The notes below the pieces were generated by a model. It was not told where the DNA came from. It saw only the letters and a list, made by a program, of their open reading frames with translations, and did not search any database. This document shows positions 38,200-52,629 of a stretch of 64,000 nucleotides of DNA, in pieces. How positions within the stretch are numbered: the first letter of the stretch is position 1; every line of letters begins with the position of its first letter. The DNA is taken from contig NC_043000.1 of assembly GCF_006345805.1 (NCBI RefSeq), positions 46,376,001 to 46,440,000 on the forward strand, in the 5' to 3' direction. The position numbers and the translations under genes are program-made. The stretch comes from Octopus sinensis. Taxonomy: Eukaryota.

Positions 38200-40817
38200 A
38201 TTAACAGCAAGGGTTTACATTAATAAAAACATTATGAACAATAGAGGACATAATAAAGGATGTGTGTGTGTATATGTATGTGAGTGTGTATTGTTGTGAG
38301 GGTTTTTGCATGTAAACAAGACCAACAAAAATTTTTTTAATCAACAATGTGTGATCCTCAATAGAGGGCTGCTCATTGAAAGACACCATAAGCATTTCAC
38401 CTGGCGTACGAACAATTCTGACATCTCAGAACACTGGGGACATTTAACATGTGAGAGTGATAAAACACTGCTCTGAAATCTATCAAAAAACATCGGGAAT
38501 AAAGACAACAAATAGAACCTAAAATAACTGACAAAGTGTTGGACTATATCAGAGTAAGTAATACTCATTAAAATTTATTGCTATTTTCCAAATGAAATTA
38601 TGTATTTTAACTGTGCATCATCTCCATCACTCACAAAAACACATGTAAACATGCTCACCACATTAAGGTTCAAATCAACATCAGACCGTCTAGTCCCCAA
38701 CCACCATACAGATGCAAAAAAAATGAAATATAGATTAAATAATGCCCATCTTTTTCTACCCAACGATAACAAACGTGAAGTACATACTTTAGATTTATTA
38801 CACAAAGAGTATGAAAAACTACTCATGCAAAACCATTTAACAACAGAAATGAACGGACTGGTAGCTTACGAAAATGATGATCATCAAAATTAAGTGCCAG
38901 ATATTATTCCTCATGTCCTGTGAATAAAACAAAAAAGGCATAAATGGACACAAGAGGAATATATTTCAATCTTACATGCTTATTTTACAGCAGTACTCTA
39001 CCCACAGAACGAAAACAGCAACATAAAATTTGGAAGAAAAATTACCTAGTTAAAGATTTGGATATAACAATGAACCCTAATAAACTAGCTAACACACTGA
39101 AATATATTCTTAAGATAAAAAAAATATATCAGAAATAGAAATAGAGTACTTAAAAGGAAAAATACATCAAGAAAATGTAGATAGTGACCACACAGCAATG
39201 CTAAATAATATCATAAGCACTGGGACTGTAAAATGTGAAGACAGATGTAACATGTCCAACAAAACGAAGTAAGCAATGAAGGATAACACAAACCGTACAA
39301 ATGCATAATGATGAGCAAAATGCACCAAACCACAACTCCACAGACAAAAAATATGAATGGGAGGGAATATGAAACAAATCTAAAACCGGGAAACAGTGAA
39401 GGCGAAACTAATGATTATGATATGTTAGAAATGAGTATAATTAAAGAAATGAAAGCCACAGATCTCAGTATGGACCACCTATCATACCTTCCAAGATTTA
39501 AAATTGATAATAAAACAACATCAATAATAAATAGCATGAACCAGGTTGTCACAGAACTAATAGCCACAGAAAAAAATGTCGATATGACCAGGTTAAATGA
39601 TATAATATATGCAGCAGCCTCTGTGGCCACAAAACAAACAGGATACCACCTCAATCCCATTCAAATAGAAGCATCACCATCCAAAACAAACCATGTGGAT
39701 AAATAATAAACAGAAAAAATAGAAATTAAATGAAAGGCTTTGTCAATTCTTAGTGAAACTACTACTAAGCAACAAGAAGAGAAGAAAAATACTATGCAAA
39801 TACAAAATCACAGAGCAAGGTATACCTGAGGTAAAAGAACAGCTAAAGCAAGATATCCTCGCCAAAGCACAAAGAAACCACTGGTATGAGAAATGCCAAC
39901 ATTTTTTTGAACAAAACAAACAGTTCAACTCCAGCCCTAAAAGGTTCTACCAAGAACTTGACAAAAATAAAATAGAAATCAATGCAGCACGAACAGAAGA
40001 AGTCAAATAATTTTAGAAAGAAATATGGTCAGCGAAGGAACAACCAAAGAAAAGATCTATCAAAATAACAAACACAGTACCTGAACAACTCTGAACTCCT
40101 GTAACAACTGAAGAACTCACCCAAGCACTGCAAAGACTAAGCAGCTGGAAGGCACCTAGACACAAGATCCCCAACTTCTGATTAAAATATTTAACAAGAA
40201 TACATAAAATGCTGGCTGAGAAATTTAGTGAAATACTAGCTGAGTCAAAGACAATTCTGTGAGCACAGAAGGGAAAATTATTCTAAGTTCCAAACTACAA
40301 ACCCACAAAAATTACAGACCGATAACTTGTCCCCCTACAATTTACAAAGCCTTTACTGCCATAATATCGTAGAGAATGAGAAAACATCTGGAAGAAAACA
40401 ACCTGTTTCCAGAAGAGCAGAAGGGATACTGCAAGGGCTCGTACGACTGTAAATATCAGCTACTGATCAATAAAGCGATTACTGGAAACAGCCAAAGAAA
40501 GAAGAAGGGTTTAAGTATGGATTGGATCGTTTATTGAAGGGCTTTTGATAGTATTCTCCACACATGGATCCTAGAAACACAAACCATGAACAAGGTAGCA
40601 CCAATAATCGTAAAATATATAAAACATTCCATGAATAAATGGTAAACAGTGCTACAGCTCGAGACAAAAGAAGGAGTCATAAAAACCAAAACCATCACCA
40701 TTAGAAGAGGAATATTCCAGGGAGAACCACTCTCTCCACTCCTTTTATGCTTGGTACTGACACCTTTATCTGACATGTTAAACAGAACTGGATGTGGATA
40801 CAATGGTTATGGCAAGC

Positions 40818-40820
<3 letters not shown>
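38200..40820 (+). pseudogene. Decayed R4/Dong-clade non-LTR retrotransposon between (AAT)n tracts, broken off before the YxDD motif
   Basis: Peptides KWTQEEYISILHA, LSSWKAP..KIPNF*LKYLT, NYRPITCPPTIYKAFTAI, EQKGYCKGSYDCKYQLLINKAI and IRRGIFQGEPLSPLLLCLVL. (AAT)n at 38110-38190 and 40820-40880; Dong elements are known to target TAA repeats. Confidence 0.8.
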
Positions 40821-40880
<60 letters not shown>

Positions 40881-43800
40881 GTAGACAATTAGAAAAGCGT
40901 GATATGATTCGTAATAAGGATTGTTTATTTAACAGTTTTAACAATATTTCAACAGATTTTCTGTCTTCATTAGGTTCAAAATGTAAACTGAAAAAACTGC
41001 AGAAACAAAGAAATTCAAAATATAATCAAGGAAATCTTGCATTTCTATTTAGATAAAATGACATCATCAGTTTTCACTTTCATAGCGAGTAAAAGGAAAA
41101 AAAGAAAGAAAAATAGAAAAAAAAACCCCCAAAAATTGGAAAAAGAATACTTAGTCAAACAGTTTTGTGTAAATGTGATGAAATTCAGTTGTCATTTTAT
41201 TCATTCCTCCAGGGCATGATATTAGTAATTCAGAAATATATTTGTCCTCATGAATTTTGTAAAATAAATTTCAGGTAAAACAATACTTTCCTTTGCAACA
41301 GAAGAGAAAAGAAACAACCAATGCACTAGCAGTTTAAAACAGTATTCATTACTGAATAGTAGATTCTTTCTTCTTTTCCTCACCACATACTCATTTCTAG
41401 TTGCCTTTTAAAGCTTCTTGCATTAAATGCATCAATACTAGCATAACTTTCTAAATTGCAGTTCAGGTTTCAGTTTTTGGGGTGGCTTTCTGACTACCTG
41501 TAATTAGTTTAATAAGAGATAAATAGTCACCTAGATGAGCACTAATTAATTCTATTCCATGTAACCTTCCTTCACTGTCTAGTGTGTTTTCCTGAATGCT
41601 AAGTGACTAAGCATTTGAAAGGGATACGCACACACACGCACACATACTACAAAAACAATTCTGATTGCATGCTATGAGAGGGGTCCACTCAGACACACAA
41701 AATGAAAACACTCTGAGTATGACAGGTACATACACACATGCACACACTCATAACACAAGCCATCTCTGACACACGCACGCACACACACACACACACTCGT
41801 ATAAGTATGCACACCAAGGTGTAGATAGATAGATAGATAGATACATACATACATACATACATACATACAAATATACTTACATACATACATACTATACAAG
41901 CAATAAATTTACATGAGGGACACACAGAAAAGTAAATAAAATAAGGAGTCCTGCCAAGCAACTACTATTTAGCTGCAACTAGAAACCGAACTCACAATCT
42001 ACCAGTTGATACTCCAATAATTTATCTCCTCACTCACTTTGCTTCCACAGCAATGCATCTCAGGTAATAAAGCAAAACAAATTTATTTTGCTGGTGGAAT
42101 ATGAAGAAGACAGTGAGTGAGAGGTGTCAACATTCTCAACACTATTGCTTTCAGTCCTTTCTTTTGAAAACTGCAGTGAGTCAATAAATTTGAAGATAAG
42201 AGCAAAACAGCTGTCAGAATTTATATTCTAATTCCATTCACATCTAGGACGCTTTAAAGGAATACTTGTACTGGTACTTTATTTTATCGACTCTGGAAGG
42301 ATGAAAAGCAAAGTTGACCTCAGAAGCATTTGAACTCAGAACATAATGGACCAATGCTCTAACGATTCTGCCAATCCACTGCCTAAGAGAATTTGAATTG
42401 ATTCTCAACTCAATATCCAATCCCTTCAGCTATTTACAACTGTTTATTGACCCATGTTATTTTCTACACATGCTTTCCATTCTCTGCAAGTCAAAGACAG
42501 CACCAGAGGTTAGGTATCTGAGACAATTCTCATGGTAATTTTTAATCAGGAATTGCTTGAGATGAAAAAGGAAGAAGAAAAAGAAACAAAGAAAAACTAA
42601 ATTGGGAAATTAAAAGTATTTGCATTCAATAAAAGTTAAAGCATTGAAATTTTGTAATAGATTATTTATATTGAATTAAAGAATTAAATTTGCTGACAGT
42701 TAACCTAGTAATAAACAGCAAATAAATTTTTACATTCAAGCACATTATTCAAAATGTGCATTAATATGTTAATACAACAGTTGAATTTAATTCAGGACAA
42801 ATAGCACACTATTTTATTACACTGAAACATAAGCAAGCAGATGAAGGATGAAATCTCACTCGAGTAGGAAACCTTACACTTTATTCTTTTTTTTCTTTTA
42901 CTCTTTATAACAACATATTTATTTTAAATTATTTATGTGTTATCCCAGTTAGGCAATAGATTGATGGACATCTTAGTTTATCAGATAAAATACCTGAAGT
43001 TATTCATTCTAACTCCTTGCTTTCTAAGTTCAAATTACACTGAAGGGAAATTTGGATTACATTTTCAAGGATCAATAAAAAAAAGTATCAAACAGAGTGG
43101 TAGATTAGGAGAAATTTAAGAATGTCAGCTAGAATGATTTACAGCATTTATTCCTGCTCTTCACATTCTGAGCTAAAATTCCACCACTGCCTGCATAGGT
43201 AATAAAGTGAATCTAGCGTCAAGTTTAACACAACCACCTAATTCCTTAGGGCCATTAACAAAGTCTACTCTACTAATGGCACCAGTTGCTAGAATTTAGG
43301 GCAGACCTCAGGTTTAAAGAGACATTCTTCCTTCCCTCCAATTTCAAGGCCCTGTGAAGGGTTATGAACTCTGCAATGATAAAAATATTCAATATGAGTC
43401 AATATCATTTTAATTAGTAAAATTATTATATTTTCTATTATTTTAATTATATTAACATGAACAAGAGACAAATCTGATTTTAATTAATAAAATTATCATA
43501 CTTTAATATTATTTTAATTAAATGAGCATGAGCAAGAGACAAATCCAAATATATTTTAATCTTATGACTAAAACACCAAAAAATTATGCCAATCATGCTG
43601 CCCACCAGTAACAGCTTTGCAAACAGACCCATGGGCTGGAGAGTTGTCACCCGAGAGGTGCAAAGGCATCATCCACCAGGAGTGGTAAGAATTCACCAAC
43701 AACTGATGGATGCAGCAACATGCTGTCTTCTTCTTCTTCTTCTTCCAATCAGGACTCACACCATTAGCCACAAAGAATAATCTTGAATTTAAGCCTACTC

Positions 43801-44039
43801 TAAGCTACTAAGAATGTGTGTGGCAACTTGAACATCCACCCACCACATGCAATAGACTGGTGGTTGCATGGGTGCGAAAACTACGTTGTTATCCTCATTC
43901 CATAAATGGTGGCTTTTAACGGGTGGAGAGCTGAACCATCCTGGGGTACAGAGGATTTGCAATCTAGACTAGGGTCTGAAAGTTTATTACACCATAGTGG
44001 GTTACACCATGGTTCCTCTGCTTTGTGGCAGAAGTGGGA

Positions 44040-44222
44040 AGAAAGAGTGAGAGAAAGTTGTGGTGAAAGAGTACAGTGGGGTTCACCACCACCCCCTGCG
44101 GGAGCCTCGTGGAGCTTGGGTATTTTTGCTCAATAGACACTCACAATGCCCAGTCTGGGAATCGAAACTGCATTCTTACAACCGCGAGTCCGCTGCCCTA
44201 ACCACTGGGCCATTGCACCTCC
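44040..44222 (-). mobile_element. SINE family C head and body
   Basis: Reverse complement of the 4819 head (ggtgcaatggcccagtggttagggcagcggactcgcgg). Confidence 0.8.
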
Positions 44223-44253
44223 ATGCAACATGCTGTTACACTACATGCCCCTA

Positions 44254-44291
<38 letters not shown>

Positions 44292-47200
44292 GAGTAAAGA
44301 AGTATGAAATAAATGGATAAGCACAAGAAATGCAGATAGGAAAAAATACATTTGACATGAAAGAAACTGACATAGAGTTAACACACTGCTAATGTTATTT
44401 ATTTTTTGCTTGAGGAGGTAAAGAACTACATAATAGGTTTTATAAAGTATGTAGATCAGTACCTTATACTGATTAGCTCAAATTTCAATTGGGTTGGTTT
44501 AACTGAAACTTTCTGAGAGAACTTTCTATAAACCCATTGCTATATGTAAAGTCAATACAGATGTAATATTAGTTTTTTTGCACCACTCAAATATTATTCT
44601 GGCATGGGAACACATGTTTTGCATTAGGAAGGGCATCCAGCTGTAGAAACTCTGTCAGATCAGATTGGAGTCTGATGCAGCCATCTGGCTCAGCAGCCTC
44701 CAGTCAAACGGTCCAACCCATGCCAGCATGGAAAGCGGACGTTAAGCGATGATGATGATGATGGTAATGAGCTTGTGCTCACAACTATACATAAGCAAAG
44801 AAAATGTGGCTTACTTTGTCTTTGTTATAGGGACATTGTGAAAAGATATCACAATAAAAAAGATATAAACTGAATGCCATGGACATCCATAGAGCATCAA
44901 AGTGATGCATGGAGGATTGTGACCAATAATAGAATGGGAGAGTCTAGAAGTATACTACCGTATTATTTATTTCTGTAGAACAAAATGTTTTCAACCTCAA
45001 GACTTTTTATATTCAGCAACAAATGTTTTTCTTCTTTATGTGTGTGTCACTGTCTCCTTGCTTTGACACTGTGGGATAGTTGTAAATGAATGTGTCACCA
45101 TAATGCAAATAGTATCCTTTGTTCCTAATATTTAGTGAAAAAATTGTTTGGTCATGAGGAATAGGTAAGACTTGGCGAGAGGGTAAGTATCTAGCTGTAC
45201 AAAATCTACCTCTTCAAATTCCATCTAACCCATGCAAGCAAGGAAAAGTGGACATTAAAGTGATGATGATGACGACGACGATGGTGATGGCGATAGTGGT
45301 GGTAGCGATGATGACAATGTGCTGCAAAATGCAGATATAATACATTTGTAAGCAACATGATTCTGGATGGTTGTGACTGGTAGGTATAGAATATGAAAGA
45401 TTTGTCAAAACTGAAGATAAATAAGCTTAGTATGATTTTCAGGGTGTGCCATATCAATTTTTATGAGAGGAAAAGAATTCAAAGAATAAGGAAACGGCTG
45501 GCAGTTGTGACATCAGCAAGGAATATCTCTTGCTGTAATATCAAGAGATAACATATTTCTAGTTGGCCAAAACTAAGGATTAGGCCTCACAGATAAAATG
45601 ACACAATTTTGAATGACCCCAACTTGTTTGAGAAGGGAGAAACAAATGCTAAATAATGTTGATGATGATGATAACTACACAAATATTTTGCTTTATACTA
45701 AATAATCAACTTGATATTGTCTATAACCGTAAAATATGTTCTAAATTTGGATATCTAATAACTGTAAATAGATTGAACAAGCACAGACATGTTTTCAAGC
45801 AGTTAAATAATAAATAGTTCAGTTAATTTTACTGAAGGTCAGTAATCAAATTTCCTTTACAAAGAAAATGATCTCCTTTAAGATTTTGACAATTATATAT
45901 CAATTATGAAGGAAATTTAATTAAGGACTTCTAAGAATTATCTTTAGTGATGACAGATCAAGTTACAAAGTTATAATCACCTTGTATATAACAGAATAAA
46001 ACATACAGTTATAACAATTAGAAACTCAGAAATGAAACCAAACCAAACACTGGTTTAAAATTCAAGAGAGTAATCCAAAGACTTTCCATGGATAGAAAAC
46101 TCTTGGTATGGTTCTTGATAAAAATTTGGAAGTTTATGAACATCAGTTTCATCAGTTAATAAACCAGTAGATTAATAAGAGTAAAAGAATCAAAACAATC
46201 ATTGAGGAAAATATGCATCCAATATTGTATAAGACTATAATAAAAATCACACCTTCAATGTAGGAAAAACAGGACTAGCTTCTTGTATTAAAAAAAAAAT
46301 CATTGAAAGGAAATTCTCTAAACTGATTTCAACCATGAAGGAAATGTCATATGAGACAAGACTGCTCCACAGATAAAAGGAAAATGACAGAATATATATG
46401 TGATTGTGACAGGCAAAGTGAGCTTGAACTAACATGAAATGTTTGATTTCTATCAGTCCTTAACAAAAGGCCATTCAAATAAATTACTCAATGAAAGACT
46501 AAATAAATTTACAAAGCAGAAATGTCTTCTCTCTCAGAATAAATGATGACTAGAAATGTTTCCTGGGGAGAGATGCCAATTCAATGATAACTAATTCAAA
46601 AATAGTGTCAACTGATTTTAGGAAAATAAAAAGAATTGTAACACCCATGTGAACATGATGCAAAACTACATTACTAAGTAGTCGTTGCTCACAGATAATG
46701 CATCATTGTAGTAAACACTGTATTACAGAAACACATAGTTTTTTTTCTCAGGACTTGGTTAAAATAAACAGAGTTTTCTTTCTTTCCAATGTATCCTGAA
46801 CTTTCTTCTTGTGTGAGGGTTATCTTTAGGTAAAAGGATGCATATAAGATGAAAATTATCAAATATAAATTGTAAAGTAATTCTTCACTTTGGTTAGTTC
46901 CTGTACAATAGTTTCCCCAGTTTCAGTGTCATTTGAGAAAGATGAGAGAATGTGGATGAAATCAGAGTAAAGCCCTACTTTATTTGATGAAGGCAACTAA
47001 ATAGAATTACAATGATCAACATTAATATCATACAAATACAGAATATTATTTCAGATGTTCTAAGATACATTAAAATAAGCCTCCTGACTTGTAGGTGAAG
47101 AAATTTGCTTCCTAACATGATTTCAGGTTCAATCTGGATGCATGGCACCTTAAGCAAGTGTCTTCTACTGAAGTCCCAGGATGACCAAAGCTTTGTGGAT

Positions 47201-47448
47201 TGATTGTGTAGATGAGTGTGAAATGTCTATAAAAGTTTGAAAGTGGAAAATGTCATTAGCTATGTGATATGGAATGGATTTAATTAGAAATCAGACCTGC
47301 AAGTGAGACTCAAATTTGTCTAAAAGACTCTCACTACGTTTCTAATTAGAATATTACTGTTATTAAATTTGAGATTATATATGTGTTAAATCAAAAGCAT
47401 CAAGGGTTAGCAAATTCGGGAAATACAACTGTAATGTTATTTTGAGTA

Positions 47449-47654
47449 TACTCTTTTACTTGTTTCAGTCATTTGACTGGGGCCATGCTCGAGCACCGCC
47501 TTTATTTGAGCAACTCAAACCCGGGACTTATTCTTTTTGTAAGCCCAGTACTTATTCTATTGGTCTCTTTTTGCCGAACTGCTAAGTGACGGGGACGTAA
47601 ACACACCATCATCGGTTGTGAAGCAATGCTAGGGGGACAAACACAGACACACAA

Positions 47655-47687
<33 letters not shown>

Positions 47688-47859
47688 CATATATACGACA
47701 GGCTTCTTTCAGTTTCCATCTACCAAATCCACTCACAAGGCATTGGTTGGCCCGGGGCTATAGCAGAAGACACTTGCCCAAGATGCCACGCAGTGGGATT
47801 GAACCCGGAACCATGTGGTTGGTTAGCAAGCTACTTACCACACAGCCACTCCTGCACCT
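47449..47859 (-). mobile_element. SINE family A, full length
   Basis: Collinear match. Confidence 0.85.
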
Positions 47860-48630
47860 GTATGATAAGAAGTAAATAAAGCAAAATTAGTAAACAAGTG
47901 TCATAGATCCATAAGAGGTGGTATCTGAAATAGGTGGGAGAAATTTTGAAATAAGCTATTTATTATCAACATAGAGAAATAATAGGAAAGAAAAAAAGGC
48001 ATCAGTTTATTGAACAGACTTATCTATTCTTTCATATACATTTTTTTCAAATCCTAATAGAAGGCTAATTATATGATACAGTCAAATCATTTCATTTATT
48101 TGCATATTTACTTATTTATTTATTTACTTATTTTAACATCACATTGTGAAAATAATCACTGTTCTCGTTACATGTTTCCAACAGATTAATCACTGATTCA
48201 TCACATGTCTGACGGAGAAAGTAACAAGGAATTGATGGAATCCCCAATGGAGTAAAATACTGCATGGTATATTTTTGTTTTCAAGTATTGTTTTGTTTTT
48301 ACTTGCTGATGTTTACACTTATTATCAATATACAAGTGGCAAAACATAAATATTTACATGACTTGTGGGTTAAGGAATTTGCTTCTTAACAACATGATTT
48401 CAGGTTCAATCCCAATGCATGGCACCTTGAGAAAGTGTCTTCTAATGAAGTCCCATGATGACCAAAGCTTTGTGTTGGGCAGACTGGAAGATATAAATTA
48501 AAAAAATATAGATGCGTAAGACTGCATCTCTCTCTCTCTCCTTCTCTCTCCACACACACACATGTGTGTGTATATATATATATATGTATATGCATCTATC
48601 TATCTATTTATCTATCTATCTATGTATCAA

Positions 48631-48700
<70 letters not shown>

Positions 48701-48822
48701 TATGTAGGTCCCGGGTTGAGTCGGGGTTAACCAGAGTAAATAAGGTATTCAATACATAGCAGAGTAAATTAAGTCCTGTAGAAGCTCCTTCTATAAAATA
48801 AATATATATATATATAAATAAT

Positions 48823-49685
48823 ATTAATTAAGGGTAGAAATTGATATTTATCAATTAAAACCAGTGGTCTAGCATATTAAAAAAGAATCCGAAGATTAAA
48901 ATATTTATATATACCAATTAAGGACTGAACACGAAAAGTGGACAGTCAACATGCTAGATATAGACGTCAAATCGCCATTCTCCACAAAGATTATGTTCTC
49001 AAATCAACTCAGCACAAAACCAAAGCAATAACAAGTGAAAATATACGAAATAAAATAATTACCCATGTACTGATCAGTTTCGGCTATTATTATCTGCAAG
49101 GATAACTGTAGCATTCATCAGCATGGCCGTTATAAATGCAATTTGCTGGACTAGATGCAAAAACGATACAGGAGTATCGTGCATGGAGTTCAACCTATTA
49201 CATTCGAATGTATCTTTCAAATGCCTTTACTTTGGTGCGTTGAGACCTGAAAAAACCAGCCTGCAGCTAATAATTAGCAGCAGTCAATTTATCGGTTAGA
49301 GAACATATTTATTTATATAAAATTAATTAAGGGTAGAAATTGATATTTATCAATTAAAACCAGTGGTCTAGCATATTAAAAAAGAATCCGAAGATTAAAA
49401 TATTTATATATACCAATTAAGGACTGAACATGAAAAGTGACAGTCAACATGCTAGATATAGATGTCAAATCGCCATTCTCCACAAAGATTATGTTCTCAA
49501 ATCAAACTCAGCACAAAACCAAAGCAAGTAATTATTTTATTTCATATATTGTCACTTGTTTATTGCTTTGGTTTTGTGCTGAGTTTGATTTGAGAACATA
49601 ATCTTTTGTGGAGAATGGTGATTTGACGTCTATATCTAGCATGTTGACTGTCCACTTTTCGTGTTCAGTCCTTAATTGGTATGTA
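48823..49685. mobile_element. Non-coding Penelope-like mini-element: two ~205-bp direct repeats, one inverted copy and an internal hammerhead, in (TA)n
   Basis: 48823-49028 is repeated at 49322-49527 (period ~499 bp). 49528-49685 is the reverse complement of ~48905-49062. (TA)n on both sides. Confidence 0.8.
49063..49126 (-). ncRNA. Type I hammerhead ribozyme motif; predicted cleavage after GUA between 49068 and 49067
   Basis: CCATG-CTGATGA-a-tGCTA-(22 nt)-TAGC-c-GAAA-C-TGATCA-G-TA-CATGG: 5-bp stem I, canonical core, palindromic stem III (ACTGATCAGT). The base of stem II has a mismatch in this copy. Confidence 0.7.
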
Positions 49686-49716
49686 TATATATATATATTA
49701 TATATATATATATATA

Positions 49717-50128
49717 TACTCTTTTACTCTTTTACTTGTTTCAGTCATTTGACTGCGGCCATGCTGGAGCATCGCCTTTAATCGAGCAACTCGACCCCGG
49801 GACTTATTCTTTGTAAGCCCAGTACTTATTCTATCAGTCTTTTTGCTGAACCGCTAAGTGACGGGGACGTAAACACACCAGCATTAGTTGTCAAGCAATT
49901 CTAGGGGGACAAACACAAACACACAAACACACACACATACATATATATATATACATATATATACGACGGGCTTCTTTCAGTTTCCATCTACCAAATCCAC
50001 TCACAAGGCTTTGGTCGGCCCGAGGCTATAGTAGAAGACACTTGCCCAAGGTGCCATGCAGGCGGGACTGAACCCGGAACCATGTGGTTGGTAAACAAGC
50101 TACTTACCACACAGCCACTCCTGCGCCT
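49717..50128 (-). mobile_element. SINE family A, full length
   Basis: Collinear match, inserted in (TA)n. Confidence 0.85.
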
Positions 50129-50436
50129 ATATTATATATATGTATATATATGTGTACAGGACGTCACCAACAGTAAACAAAATGAAATATGAAAACAATC
50201 AGTTCAATACACAACCAATGGGAAAAACAAATGGAAAACAGGATAAGTAGCATAAAGAATGACCCTTCATCAGTTGTCAGCTGTCTATCAACTTATTTCG
50301 AGCATTGAATGACAGTATGAGTCTTCGAAGACAGTTGCTCCCAAAATAAAATTTGGGATTCATGGATTTGGAAAGGGATGCATGGCATTCAATCAAATAA
50401 TAATATAATAATATATAATGTGTATATATATGTATA

Positions 50437-50472
50437 TGTTTCCGACGAAGAGCTCCGCTCAAAATGTTAAAC
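50437..50472 (+). ncRNA. Degenerate hammerhead motif, same family as 43-77
   Basis: gttt-CCGACGA-a-GAGC-tcc-GCTC-AAAA-TGTT-aaac; the GAAAC box is mutated to AAAAT. Downstream ttctttcctgagcgtccaata also matches the 1-40 region. Confidence 0.5.
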
Positions 50473-50560
50473 CCTCCTTCTTTCCTGAGCGTCCAATAAT
50501 ACTATATTTGTTCCACGTCCTCGTGTTGTTGTGTTTTTTTGTGCTTTCCTGTTTGGATTA

Positions 50561-50649
<89 letters not shown>

Positions 50650-51830
50650 ATTATCATTTGATTGAACGCTCCGCATGCATTTCTAAGTTTATCTTAATCT
50701 TTTTGATGCGACTCTACTTTATACTGTTTTCTTCCCTATTGTTTTCTCTTTCATTCTTTCTCTAATTCCCCTTTTCCCCCTTCACTGTTTTCTATCTGTC
50801 TCTCTCTCCCCTCTTTCTCCTTTACTCTCTCTCTCGTTGCTCACACGTGACTCGTTATGGATTATAGCAGTGATTGGGACTGTTTTTTAATGAATTCTTG
50901 GGAATCTCTTGAGTGTATCATTTTTGATATTTATGTGTATGTTTGTTTTATTCTAAGGCCGTGGTGGATATGTTGTTTGTTGTAGATGCATTCAAAAGGG
51001 GTCTGTATTTTGCAATTTAACATAGGGCATTGATAAAATATGGGCATTATTTTGCTGGAACTGGCACACTTCATTAATTTACATTAAAAAATTGATCTAT
51101 TTTCTTTTTCACGCCTTGTTCAGCTCCATGTATTTGTAGTCAGTCACAAATGCACACATGTTTTTGTATGTATGTGTAGTTGTTAAGTGTATGTCAGTAT
51201 GTGTTAAGGTGAATAAATGCGATAGGCATGTGGATGCCTTTGAAGTAAACAAATAAATGACATCAATTCCTAGTTAAAATAATTTATTTACTGTACTTGC
51301 ATTTGCCTTTGGTATTCAACATTTTTCACAACGTGTAATTGTTGACAACTGCTACGAGTTGCTAGTAAAAGAAACAGGACACATCAGTGGAGGTGATATG
51401 TCAGAACTGAATATGTTTGTGTGTGTGTGTGTGTGCGTCGTTCTTCTGAGAAAGTAGACTGCCATGTCCCTTCATTCGAACCTTTCAGTCTGTCTGCAAA
51501 AGCCTTTTTGTCTGTGTCCTAGGCCTTTCTGAATGTCTCTCTGTTGACGACGGTATTTTCTAACTGCTGTGGCAGCTAGAAGGACAGACATACTGCAGCA
51601 GAGATTGTGTCTGAATACATCAGCTCCAGCCCTTTTGAACTTCAGCTGACATGACTGAGGTCGTAGGTCAAAGGGAGATGATTTATCATTTTTTGACAGG
51701 ACAAAGAAAGCCATTTTTCATGCCTGTTAATCATGGTATTTGGACGACTGAGAATCCTGAGATTCGGTTTCAAATCTAAGCTTGGAGAAGGAAGTGTTAA
51801 TTTTTACATACGTTTGTATGCATTTATCTA

Positions 51831-51877
<47 letters not shown>

Positions 51878-52629
51878 AGTGAAGGGGTGTGTTGTTATTT
51901 ATTCGTACATACATAAATACATATGCATACGTTTTTTTTTGGTGTGTATGTGTGTGCGTGAGGGAGACAGAGTGATATCTAAGTGGCATTCTCTCTCTTA
52001 CACATGCACATACATACAAGAGAGATGTATGCCTATTTATTTATGTATGTACATATACATGACAACACACATCTTCACTCACTCTCTCTCTCTCTCTCTC
52101 TCACAAACACATGTCCAATTCATCTGATGTTTGATACTGTATGTGTCTGTGTGTGTGTATATGCATGCAGCTTTCCACAATTATCAGAAAAAATGCAGAG
52201 GAATTTTTTTTCTTGATGCTCCTGGGGACACAGGTAAAACATTTGTAACATTGTTTCTCTCCAAAGTAAGCAACTGTGTGTGTGTGAGAGAGCGAGAGAG
52301 AGAGTGATGTTCAAGTGGCACTCTCTCTCTCACTCTTTCACTCATGCACACATACATACAAGAATGATGTATGCCTATTTTTTTATGTATGTACGTATAC
52401 ATGACAACACACCCCTTCACTCACTCACTCACTCACGCTTATTCTCTCTCTCTCTCGTCCAATTTATCTGATGCTTGATACTGTATATATATATGTATCT
52501 GTGTTTGTGTGTGTGTGTCTGTGTGTGCGTGCGGCATTCAGCAATCATCAAAAAAAGCAGATGTTTCTTGATATTCCTGGTGACAGTTGCTGTACCATTG
52601 CAGTTGCTGTACCATTGCAGTTGCTGTAC

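Noticed and set aside
46290-46370. IERKFSKLISTMKEMSYETRL, resembling a CR1/L2 ORF2 C-terminus
   Set aside because: Too short and diverged to support a call.
50255-50310. Minus-strand GAAAT...CTGATGAAGGG, a possible permuted hammerhead
   Set aside because: Stems II and III could not be formed; probably a decayed Penelope terminal-repeat piece.
51472-51714. 80-aa minus-strand ORF; the plus strand also has a faint hAT-like peptide (KDRHTAAEIVSEY..FEL)
   Set aside because: No splice support or recognisable family for the ORF; the hAT similarity is too weak and interrupted to call without a search.
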